From Verrucomicrobiota bacterium (GTDB lineage Bacteria; Verrucomicrobiota; Verrucomicrobiia; Limisphaerales; JACQFS01): a stretch of DNA of 64,000 nucleotides. Location: NCBI GenBank assembly GCA_016199935.1, contig JACQFS010000170.1, positions 143 through 64,142 of the forward strand, in the 5' to 3' direction. The notes under the pieces were generated by a model, which saw only the letters and a program-made list of their open reading frames with translations, made no database searches and was not told where the DNA came from. The first letter of the stretch is position 1. Each line of letters starts with the position of its first letter. The translations under genes and the position numbers were made by a program. Below are positions 37,572-46,478 of this stretch, one piece after another.

Positions 37572-40500
37572 GTGAGAATCGTTTCCGTCCATCGCGCACG
37601 AGCCGTTCAAGCCTTTGTGCTCGCGCTGGCTTTGCCGCTCACCGCGGCGGAGTCAGGCCGCCTGGCCGACCACACGCTCCGGCAGATCGAGGCGCTGCAT
37701 CAGGAAAAACTCGCGCGCACGCCCGCGCAGCAGAAGCTCGACTCGCAACTCATCTACGGCGCGAAGGGCGCGCGCGGCGAACTCATCGCCGCCGGCATTA
37801 CGAACCTGCAGGTGGATCTCCAGTTCGCCCCGGACGGCCGCGTGCTGGTGGATCTCGACGCCTTGGTTTCCGATTCCCTGCTCGCGCAAATCCAGTCGGG
37901 TGGCGGCCAAGTCCTCCACAGTTCGCCCCGGTATCAATCGATCCGCGCGCTCGTGCCCGTGACGCTGGTGGAAACCCTGGCCGCGCGCGCGGATGTCCGC
38001 TTCATCCGCCGCGCCGCGCTCGCGCGCACGAACCGCCTGCCCGGGCCCGGATCGCCCGTCCTCAACGCCTCGGGCGGCGGCGTGATCGCCAACGCCGGCA
38101 GCGTCACGTCGCAAGGCGACATTGCGCACAATGCCAACCTCGCCCGCAGCACGTTCAACGTGGACGGCACCGGGGTGAAAGTCGGCGTGCTTTCGGACAG
38201 CGCGGATTACTACACGAACTCCCAGGCCACGGGCGACCTGCCCATCATCACCATTTTGCCGGGCCAATCCGGCATCGGCGCGGGCAACGCCGGCGAGGGC
38301 ACGGCGATGATGGAGATCGTCCACGACCTCGCGCCGGGCGCGCAACTTTTCTTCGCCACCGCGTTCACCAGCGACACGAGCTTCGCGCAGAACATTCGCG
38401 ATCTCCGCACCGCCGGGTGCGACATCATCATCGATGACGTGACTTACTTCAACGAGTCGCCCTTTCAGGACGGTGCCATCGCGCAGGCCGTGAGCGACGT
38501 GTCCGCCAGTGGCGCGCTCTACTTTTCCTCCTCGGGAAATTCCGGCAGCAAAGATCACGGCACGGCGGGAACGTGGGAGGGCGATTTCCTCGACGGCGGC
38601 TCGGCCGCCATCGGCCGCGGCGGACGGTTGCACGATTTCGGCGGGCTGACCTACGACACCGTGACCTCGGCATCGAGCGGACGCGCGGATCTGTTCTGGG
38701 CCGACCCCGCGGGTGGCGCGACCAACGACTACGATCTCTACATCGTCAATTCGAGCGGCACCGTGCTGCGCAGTTCGACCACCACGCAGAACGGCTCCCA
38801 AAATCCTTACGAAAGCGTCAGCAGCCTCAACACCGGCGAGCGCATCGTCATCGTGAAATTTTCCGGCGCCGGCCGCTTCCTGCATCTGGACACGGGCCGG
38901 TCCGCGATTTCGTTGAGCACCTCGGGCATGACCCGCGGGCACAACGCCTCGGGCGCGAGCAACGCCTTCTGCGTCGCCGCGGTTCCCGTGCCCATTCCCA
39001 CCGCGCCGTTCTCGGGCGGAGCCGCGAATCCCGTCGAGACCTTCAGTTCGGACGGACCGCGGCGGATGTTTTTCAACGCGAACGGCACGGCCCTCACGCC
39101 GGGAAATTTTTCCTCCACCGGCGGGCAGTTGTTTCAAAAGCCGGACCTCACCGCCGCCGACGGCGTGGCGACGACGGTGCCCGGGTTCAGTTCTTTTTTC
39201 GGCACCTCCGCCGCCGCGCCGCACGCGGGCGCGATCGCAGCGCTGGTCAAGTCGTTCAACCCGTTGCTCACGCCGGCGCAGATCCGCGCGATCCTCACCG
39301 GCTCCGCGCTCGACATCGAAGCGGCCGGCGTGGATCGCGACTCGGGCGCGGGCATCGTGATGGCGCTGGCCGCGCTCCAGATCACGCCGCCGCCGGACAT
39401 TCCGCGCCTCGTGCTCACCGGGGCCGCGCTCGCGGCGGAAAGTTGCACGCCGACGAACGGGGTGATTGATTCCGACGAATTCGTCACGGTGAATTTTTCC
39501 ATCGCCAACACCGGCTGGAAAAACACCTCCAACCTCGTCGTGACGCTGCTCGCGACCAACGGCGTGAGCTTTCCCAGCGGCCCGCAAAATTTCGGCACCA
39601 TCGTGACCAACGGCCCGGCGATCACCCGGCCGTTTTCGTTCGTCGCCAGCGCCACGTGCGGCGCGACGATCTCGTGCGTGCTCGATCTGCAGGACGGCAC
39701 GAACTCACTCGGCCAGTTCACGAACACCTTTCTGCTGGGGGTCGCCATCACGAATGTGGTCAGCCTCACCAACAACAACCTGATCACCATCCCGACGAAC
39801 GGCGCGACCGCCGGCGCCGCCACGGCCTACCCCTCGGTCATCAGCGTGTCGAACTTCGCGGGCACCGTGACCAAGATCACCGTCACGCTGCGGAATCTTT
39901 CGCACACCTTTCCCGACGACCTCGACATCCTGCTCGTCGGACCCGGGGGACAGAAGGTGGTGCTGCTGTCCGACGTGGGTGGCGGCAATGATCTGGTCAA
40001 TGTCACCCTGACACTCGACGATTCGGTCGCGGCGCTCCTGCCCAATACGAGCCAGATCACCAATGGCACTTATCGCCCGACGAACGTCGGCACCACTGAC
40101 ACGTTCAATTCGCCCGCGCCCGCCGGTCCTTACGGGACGAACCTGAGCGCGTTCGCCGGCGTCAACCCCAACGGGAACTGGTCGCTCTACGTCATGGATG
40201 ATTCTTCCTCCGACATCGGATCGCTCGGCAGTTGGTCGCTCAACATCATCTCCACCAATCTTTCCTGCTGCAACGGCGTGGGCATCTCCGACCTCGCGGC
40301 CGGCGCGGGGCCGCCACCGCCCGTAACCGTCACCGGAAGCAATTTCACTTTTGCGCTCATGATCACGAACCTTGGCTCGGACCCGGCGACGACCATCACC
40401 GCAACCGACCAGCTTCCGCTGGGCGCAAACTTCGTCAGCGCCATCGCGAGCCAGGGCGGATGGACGAACGTCGGCACCAATGTCGTTTTCACCTTCACCA

Positions 40501-42215
40501 ATCTCGGCATCGGCGGCGCGGCGACCGGCAGCGTCACCGTCGTCGCGGCGAGCGCCGGGCTGTTCACCAATCTGGTCAGCGTGAGCTCCTCGTCCATCGA
40601 TCCGATCCCGGCGAACAACACGGCGACCGTCGTCGCCACGGTGCTGCCCGCGCCGCCGGTCGCCAGCTTCACCGGCAGCCCGCTCGCCGGCGCGCATCCG
40701 CTGCTGGTGGCGTTCACGGACACTTCGACGGGCACCATCACGAATCGTGCTTGGAATTTCGGCGACGGCGTCGTGACGAACGCCAGTTCCACCAACGTCG
40801 CCCACACCTACGCCTCCACCGGGACCAACACCGTGAGCCTCACCGCCAGCGGGCCCGGCGGGACCAACACGCTCGTCCGCACGAACTACATCTCGGTCAC
40901 CAACCCGCCGCCGCCGCTGTTGAGCGTCAGCCCGGCCAGTCTGAACTTCGGCAACGTGCTCACCGGCCAGGTCGCGCAGGCGAGTTTCGTGGTGAGCAAT
41001 CTCGGCGGCTCGCTGCTCACCGGTTCCGCAACGGTCGTGACCGGAGCGTTCGCCGTTTTTTCCGGCGGCTCGTTCGCCGTCGCGGCGGGCGGCTCGACGA
41101 ATGTGGTGATTCATTTCACGCCAGCCGGCGGAGGCGGTGCGAGCAACGCGGTGGTGTTCGCCAGCGATGGCGGCGACTCGACCAATGCCGTGAGCGGCAC
41201 CGGCGTGCTCGCGCCGATGGCCGACTTCAACGGCACGCCGACCAATGGAACCGCGGCGTTGACCGTGACGTTCGCCGACCTCTCGACCGGCACGATCACG
41301 AACCGCTTGTGGGTTTTCGGCGACGGCTTCGCGACCAACACGACCGCGACGAATCTCGCCCACACCTACGACGCGGCGGGCACCAACACCGTGAGCCTCA
41401 CCGTCAGCGGGCCGGGCGGGACGAACACGCTCGCCCGCACGAACTACCTCAACGTCACCAATCCGCCCGCAGCCGATCTCGCGGTGGCGGCCAAGGCTTC
41501 ACCGGAGCCGATGGTCGTGAGCAATCAACTCACCTGCACCATCGCGATCACGAACCGCGGGACGCTGGACGCGAGCGCGGTCACGTTGAGCAACGACCTG
41601 CCGGCGGGCGTGTTCCTCATCTCCGCCACGAGCAGTCAGGGAACGTGCACCAATCTCGGCAGCGTCTTCGCGTGCGATCTCGGCGCGTTGACGAATGGCG
41701 CGGCGGCGACGGTCACGCTCATCGTGCGGCCGACGATTCCAGGTCTGCTCACGAACCATTTCCGCGTGACCGCCGCGGAGTTCGACGGTGATCTTGCGAA
41801 CAACACCGCGACCGTGATCACCACCGTCCTCGCCGACAGCGATGGCGACGGGATTCCGGACGTTTGGGAAATTGCGCACGGCCTGAATCCCAACGACCCC
41901 ACGGACGCTGCGCGCGACAACGACGGCGACGGCCTCACCAACTTGCAGGAATATCTCGCGGGCACCGATCCGAACGACGCGCAAAATTATCTGCACATCG
42001 TCGCGGTCGCGGCGGCGGGCGGGGACACGCTCGTCTCCTTCAGCAGCGTGACGAACAAAACCTACCGCGTGGAAAACAGTGATGACTTTCCGCCCGGCGC
42101 GACGTGGCAGACGCTCTTCGACAATCTCGCCGGCACGGGTGGCACGCTGACGATGACGAACTCCAACACCATCGCCCTGCCCCGGCGCACGTATCGCGTG
42201 CGCCTGCTGCCGTGA
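37572..42215 (+). CDS. Large secreted subtilase (S8/S53-like) with P-domain, DUF11, PKD and Ca-binding repeats
   Basis: GVKVGVLSDS, EGTAMMEIVHD, FFGTSAAAPH; HTFPDDLDILL P-domain; WNFGDG PKD repeats; DSDGDGIPD/DNDGDGLTNLQEY. Confidence 0.88.
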   Translation: MRIVSVHRARAVQAFVLALALPLTAAESGRLADHTLRQIEALHQEKLARTPAQQKLDSQLIYGAKGARGELIAAGITNLQVDLQFAPDGRVLVDLDALVSDSLLAQIQSGGGQVLHSSPRYQSIRALVPVTLVETLAARADVRFIRRAALARTNRLPGPGSPVLNASGGGVIANAGSVTSQGDIAHNANLARSTFNVDGTGVKVGVLSDSADYYTNSQATGDLPIITILPGQSGIGAGNAGEGTAMMEIVHDLAPGAQLFFATAFTSDTSFAQNIRDLRTAGCDIIIDDVTYFNESPFQDGAIAQAVSDVSASGALYFSSSGNSGSKDHGTAGTWEGDFLDGGSAAIGRGGRLHDFGGLTYDTVTSASSGRADLFWADPAGGATNDYDLYIVNSSGTVLRSSTTTQNGSQNPYESVSSLNTGERIVIVKFSGAGRFLHLDTGRSAISLSTSGMTRGHNASGASNAFCVAAVPVPIPTAPFSGGAANPVETFSSDGPRRMFFNANGTALTPGNFSSTGGQLFQKPDLTAADGVATTVPGFSSFFGTSAAAPHAGAIAALVKSFNPLLTPAQIRAILTGSALDIEAAGVDRDSGAGIVMALAALQITPPPDIPRLVLTGAALAAESCTPTNGVIDSDEFVTVNFSIANTGWKNTSNLVVTLLATNGVSFPSGPQNFGTIVTNGPAITRPFSFVASATCGATISCVLDLQDGTNSLGQFTNTFLLGVAITNVVSLTNNNLITIPTNGATAGAATAYPSVISVSNFAGTVTKITVTLRNLSHTFPDDLDILLVGPGGQKVVLLSDVGGGNDLVNVTLTLDDSVAALLPNTSQITNGTYRPTNVGTTDTFNSPAPAGPYGTNLSAFAGVNPNGNWSLYVMDDSSSDIGSLGSWSLNIISTNLSCCNGVGISDLAAGAGPPPPVTVTGSNFTFALMITNLGSDPATTITATDQLPLGANFVSAIASQGGWTNVGTNVVFTFTNLGIGGAATGSVTVVAASAGLFTNLVSVSSSSIDPIPANNTATVVATVLPAPPVASFTGSPLAGAHPLLVAFTDTSTGTITNRAWNFGDGVVTNASSTNVAHTYASTGTNTVSLTASGPGGTNTLVRTNYISVTNPPPPLLSVSPASLNFGNVLTGQVAQASFVVSNLGGSLLTGSATVVTGAFAVFSGGSFAVAAGGSTNVVIHFTPAGGGGASNAVVFASDGGDSTNAVSGTGVLAPMADFNGTPTNGTAALTVTFADLSTGTITNRLWVFGDGFATNTTATNLAHTYDAAGTNTVSLTVSGPGGTNTLARTNYLNVTNPPAADLAVAAKASPEPMVVSNQLTCTIAITNRGTLDASAVTLSNDLPAGVFLISATSSQGTCTNLGSVFACDLGALTNGAAATVTLIVRPTIPGLLTNHFRVTAAEFDGDLANNTATVITTVLADSDGDGIPDVWEIAHGLNPNDPTDAARDNDGDGLTNLQEYLAGTDPNDAQNYLHIVAVAAAGGDTLVSFSSVTNKTYRVENSDDFPPGATWQTLFDNLAGTGGTLTMTNSNTIALPRRTYRVRLLP

Positions 42216-42216
42216 C

Positions 42217-42900
42217 TCAGCCCTGCTCGCGCAGCAGCAACTCCACGTAGGGCAGATCCGCGGGCACCGTCACCTTCGGGTTCGGCGTCGCGCTCTCCAC
42301 CAATCGCACGGGTTGGCCGATGAGTTCGCACGCCGCCGTGTCGTCGGTCAGCACCAACCCGCGCTCGCGCGCGGTGGCCAGTGCGCGGCGGATGATGGAC
42401 ACGCGAAACGTCTGCGGCGTCTGCACCGCCCACAATTTTTCCCGGTCGAGGTGGCGCGCGATGGTGCGGCCGTCGGCGGATTCCTTCACCGTGTCGGTCA
42501 CGCGCATCGCGGCGACGGCGGCGCCGGATTCGCGCGCCGCGTCCATCGTGGCGCGGATGAGCGCCTTGGTGGTGCAGGGCCGCGCGCCGTCCTGAATCGC
42601 GACGATCTCCGTCGCGGGCGCGAGCGCGTCGAGACCGTTGGCGACGGAGTCCTGTCGCGCCGCGCCGCCGAGGACGAGCCGCCACGGAAGCTGCACGTCG
42701 AGTTCGATGGCGAGTTCCTCGAACGCCGGCCGCAAATCTTCGCGCGTGACGATCAGGATTTCATCAATCTCCGCCACGCCGTCGAACCGCTGCCACGTGT
42801 GGCCCACGATGGGGATGCCGCCGATCTCGAGGAAGAGCTTGTCCACGTTCGGCCCCATGCGGGTGCCGCGCCCGGCGGCGACGATGATGGCGGAGTTCAT
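42217..42900 (-). CDS. ispD: 2-C-methyl-D-erythritol 4-phosphate cytidylyltransferase
   Basis: AAGRGTRMG, GGAARQDSV, QDGARP, VQTPQ, TDD, NPKVT. Confidence 0.95.
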   Translation of the reverse strand: MNSAIIVAAGRGTRMGPNVDKLFLEIGGIPIVGHTWQRFDGVAEIDEILIVTREDLRPAFEELAIELDVQLPWRLVLGGAARQDSVANGLDALAPATEIVAIQDGARPCTTKALIRATMDAARESGAAVAAMRVTDTVKESADGRTIARHLDREKLWAVQTPQTFRVSIIRRALATARERGLVLTDDTAACELIGQPVRLVESATPNPKVTVPADLPYVELLLREQG

Positions 42901-43060
42901 GGCGCGAGGTTTGAAGTTCGGCGCGCAAAGCGCAAGGTTCGAGTGGCGAGGAGCCCGGACGGTCCCCGTCTGCAGCGGCTCCGCAACGAAGAACGCGCCC
43001 GACAACCCTCAACCGCTTCGCGATCCCACGCGCTGCGGCCCGGGACGGGCCGCGCTCCGC

Positions 43061-44788
43061 TCACTTCCCCGCGCGCCAGTCGAGCAGCTTCAACTGGAGC
43101 GACACGCGGCCGTTGTATTCGTTGCGCTCGGGCGCGAAGGCAAGGTCGAAATTTCCCTCTGGCATCTTCGAGTCGCCGCAGCGCCACCACACGACCTCGT
43201 GCGTGACGCCGTCGCCAGTGACGAACAGTTTTGCGTGCTGCTGCTCGCGGCCCATGCGCTGCGGCGGGCGCGCGAGGCGCAGGCCGCGCATCAGGAATTG
43301 CAACGGCGGGTTGCCCTGACCGAAGGGGTTGAGTTGTTCAAGCTCGTCCAGCAGGCCGAGCGTAAGGTCGCGCGCCGAAAGCTCCGCGTCGAGCCGAAGC
43401 ACGGGGCGAAGCTGGTCGGGCGAGAGCGAGCGTTGGACGAGTTCGTTCAGGCGCGTGCGCAGCGCGTCCACGTTTTTCGGATGGATCGAGAGACCCGCGG
43501 CCATCGCGTGGCCGCCGTGGCGCAACAGCAAATCGTCACACGCGCGCAGTCCGGCGGCGAGGTCGAAGCCCTCGATGCTCCGACCCGAGCCGCGCCATTC
43601 GTGACCGTCGCCGCCGAGGACGATGGTCGGCCGGTAAAATTCGCGAAGCACGCGCGAGGCAACAATGCCGACGACACCGACGTGCCACATCATCTCGCCC
43701 TCGACGATGGCGAAGTCGCGCGCGGGGTCGAAGCTCTGGCGCAACCGCGCGGTGAGATTGTCGGCGATGCCGCGCTCGATGTCCTGCCGCTCGCGGTTCC
43801 GAGCATCAAGTGAGTGCGCGATGGGCAGCGCGTCTTCGAGCGAGCGGGCGAGGACGAGATCGAGCGACTCCTCGGCGGTTTCGAGGCGGCCGGCGGCGTT
43901 GAGGCGCGGGCCGAGTTGAAAACCGACTTCATACACGCCCACGTCGCCTTTCACTGCCGCGACTTCCTTCAGCGCCACGAGGCCGGGGCGCGTCGTGCTC
44001 GTGAGCCGGAGCAGGCCGGCGTGGACGAGGATGCGGTTTTCTCCGACGAGCGGCACGAGATCGGCGACGGTCGCAAGCGCGACGAGGTCGAGCAGCGGCT
44101 TGAGATCAAAGGCGTCGGCGCCCGCGAGGCCGGTGGCGCGTCCGTGTTTGAGCAGGGCGTGGGCGAGCTTGAAGGCGAGGCCGGCGGAGCAGAGTTCCGT
44201 GAAGGAAGTTGAGGGTTGAGAGTTGAGAGTTGAGAGCTGCGGATTCACGAGCGCCACGGCGGCGGGCGCGGGTGAGCTGACCTGGTGATGATCGAGCACG
44301 ATGACATCCACGCCGCGTTCGCGGAGCCACGCGATGGTCTCCACGGCGGTCGAGCCGCAGTCCACGGCGAGCAGCAGCTTCACCGGAAATTTTTGCAGGC
44401 ACTTCTCCACGCCGTCGCGCGTGAGGCCGTAGCCCTCGGCCATTCGGTGCGGGAGATATTGGTGAACCTTCCAGCCGAGCGCGCCGAGCACCTCGGTGAG
44501 CAGCGCGGTGGAGCAGACACCGTCCACGTCGTAATCGCCGAAGATGACGAGCGGCTCATCCGACGCCCGCGCGCCGAAAAGACGCTCGACGGCGGCGCGC
44601 ATATTCGGAAGCAGGAACGGGTCGGCGAGATTTTTCAGGCGCGGCGCGAGGAAGGCGGCGGCGGACTCGACCGAAGTGTGACCGCGGTTGACGAGGCATT
44701 GCGCAAGCAGGGGCGGAAGCGCGAGCGGTGTGGCGAGCTGGTTCACGAGCAACGGCTGCGGGGCCGCAAGTGACCAGCGGAATTTCAT
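43061..44788 (-). CDS. recJ: ssDNA-specific exonuclease RecJ
   Basis: GDYDVDG, VDCG, DHH, GPRLNAAGR, GSGRS, GGHAMAAG. Confidence 0.96.
   Translation of the reverse strand: MKFRWSLAAPQPLLVNQLATPLALPPLLAQCLVNRGHTSVESAAAFLAPRLKNLADPFLLPNMRAAVERLFGARASDEPLVIFGDYDVDGVCSTALLTEVLGALGWKVHQYLPHRMAEGYGLTRDGVEKCLQKFPVKLLLAVDCGSTAVETIAWLRERGVDVIVLDHHQVSSPAPAAVALVNPQLSTLNSQPSTSFTELCSAGLAFKLAHALLKHGRATGLAGADAFDLKPLLDLVALATVADLVPLVGENRILVHAGLLRLTSTTRPGLVALKEVAAVKGDVGVYEVGFQLGPRLNAAGRLETAEESLDLVLARSLEDALPIAHSLDARNRERQDIERGIADNLTARLRQSFDPARDFAIVEGEMMWHVGVVGIVASRVLREFYRPTIVLGGDGHEWRGSGRSIEGFDLAAGLRACDDLLLRHGGHAMAAGLSIHPKNVDALRTRLNELVQRSLSPDQLRPVLRLDAELSARDLTLGLLDELEQLNPFGQGNPPLQFLMRGLRLARPPQRMGREQQHAKLFVTGDGVTHEVVWWRCGDSKMPEGNFDLAFAPERNEYNGRVSLQLKLLDWRAGK
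44208..44235. repeat. Heptamer repeat (GTTGAGR x4) inside recJ
   Basis: GTTGAGG GTTGAGA GTTGAGA GTTGAGA, encoding LSTLNSQPST. Confidence 0.8.
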
Positions 44789-44792
44789 GCGG

Positions 44793-45431
44793 TCAGTTGG
44801 CGGAGTGCCCCGCGCGTTTCAAGAACTCAAAGACCATGACGATCGCCTTCTCGCCGAAGAACGCGAGCATCGTGAACCATGCGGCCGTCACGAGCGCGAG
44901 CGCGTAGGCAAACCAGACGAGCACGCCGTCCTCCTCCATCATCGCCAGCGCGAGCAGCAAAATGGAAAAGCCGGGCGGCTGGTTGGTGAACGGAATCGGA
45001 ATCGGCAGCGCGAGCAGCGCCGCGAGCACGACGATGAGGAGCGCGTTGAAGGCGCGCGCCGGCCGCGTCTGGAGCCAGACGGTGCGGCGCGGGCGGACGA
45101 CCTTTTCCACCCAGCGCAGAAACCTGATGCTGCCGTTGACCACCCGGATCTGGAAGCCCGGCGGAAGCACGCGGTCGCCGATGAAGCGCGGCAGCCCGCG
45201 CGGTTCGGGGAACACGAGGCGATACGCGAGGAAGATGATGACGACGCCCAGCACGGTGCTGAAGCCGGGCAGCGGAATCGGCTGCACGAACGGCAGGCAG
45301 AGCAGCACGATCAGGAGATAGACCCCGCGGCCCTCGGTGCGGCGGATCAGATCATTGAGGGTGAGTCCGCCCGGCGGCACCTCGGCGCGCACGACCGCTT
45401 CGAGATCCTTGGAGAGCGGGGTGTGGTGCAT
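44793..45431 (-). CDS. ExoD-family exopolysaccharide synthesis protein
   Basis: LPFVQPIPLPG, LPIPIPFTNQPP, EEDG. Confidence 0.88.
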   Translation of the reverse strand: MHHTPLSKDLEAVVRAEVPPGGLTLNDLIRRTEGRGVYLLIVLLCLPFVQPIPLPGFSTVLGVVIIFLAYRLVFPEPRGLPRFIGDRVLPPGFQIRVVNGSIRFLRWVEKVVRPRRTVWLQTRPARAFNALLIVVLAALLALPIPIPFTNQPPGFSILLLALAMMEEDGVLVWFAYALALVTAAWFTMLAFFGEKAIVMVFEFLKRAGHSAN

Positions 45432-45467
45432 CGCGCGGCGGGAGAGTGGACGCGGCGGTGTCTGAAC

Positions 45468-46460
45468 TCAAGCCGGCGGCGGAGTTTTCCGTTCGCGCGC
45501 CGCGGCGAGGAGCGAGACAACCACGGAGAGCACGATGATGCCGATGACAACACCGAGCGAGTAGCCGGTCGGGATCGTCCACCAATTCGCCACGAGCATC
45601 TTGATGCCGATGTAGGCCAACACGACGGCGAGGCCGTATTTCAAATAGCGGAACAGCGCGATCGCGCCCGCGAGCACGAAGTAGAGCGAACGCAGGCCGA
45701 GAATGGCGAAGACGTTCGAGGTGAAGATGACGTAGGAGTTGGTGGTGACGCCGAAGATCGCCGGGATGGAATCCACCGCGAAGATCAGGTCGGTGGTCTC
45801 GACCATCAGCAGCACGAGCGCGAGCGGCGTCAGCGCGAGCGTGGGCGAGGAGGCAATGCCGGCGTGGCTCCCGCCAGTGGGCAGGTGCGTGAAAAATTTC
45901 TGGCCGTCAAATTCCGCCGAGACGGGGCAGAGTTTCCGCGCGAGGCGAATGGCGAGGTTCCGTTCGGGGTGAACCTCCGCTTCGCCGCCGAAGCACATCT
46001 TGATGCCGGTGACGACGAGGAACACGCCCAGCGCGTAGAGCAGCCAGTGGAACTGCTGCACGAGCGCGACGCCCGCGCCGATCATCAGGCCGCGCATGAC
46101 CAGCGCGCCGAAGATGCCCCAGAACAGCACGCGGTGCTGGTATTCCTGCGGCACGCGGAAGTAGGAGAAGATGAGCGCGATGACGAACACGTTGTCCATC
46201 GAGAGCGACAACTCGAGCACGTAGCCGGTGACGAACTCGTTCGTCTCCTGCAATCCCCAGCCGTCCACGAGTTGCGGCGCCACGGTCCACGCGAAAGCCA
46301 TGGCCGCAAGGAACCACACCGTCGTCCACCCGAGCGCCTCGCGGAAGCGCACCACGTGCGCGCGTCGATGAAACACGCCGAGGTCAAGCGCGAGAAAGAA
46401 AATGACCGTGCCGAGAAAGCAGGCCCAGCGGGCCGAGAAGATTTCCGCCAGGGCGATCAT
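45468..46460 (-). CDS. TerC/Alx family membrane protein
   Basis: ELSLSMDNVFV, QHRVLFWGI, ETTDLIFAVDSIPA, TSNVFAILGLR. Confidence 0.94.
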   Translation of the reverse strand: MIALAEIFSARWACFLGTVIFFLALDLGVFHRRAHVVRFREALGWTTVWFLAAMAFAWTVAPQLVDGWGLQETNEFVTGYVLELSLSMDNVFVIALIFSYFRVPQEYQHRVLFWGIFGALVMRGLMIGAGVALVQQFHWLLYALGVFLVVTGIKMCFGGEAEVHPERNLAIRLARKLCPVSAEFDGQKFFTHLPTGGSHAGIASSPTLALTPLALVLLMVETTDLIFAVDSIPAIFGVTTNSYVIFTSNVFAILGLRSLYFVLAGAIALFRYLKYGLAVVLAYIGIKMLVANWWTIPTGYSLGVVIGIIVLSVVVSLLAAARERKTPPPA

Positions 46461-46478
46461 GCGGGCGGCCGCGCGCGC

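Noticed and set aside
45840-45890. Short insertion in the TerC cytoplasmic loop as a repeat-derived element
   Set aside because: Too short and degenerate to assign, and this loop is naturally variable.
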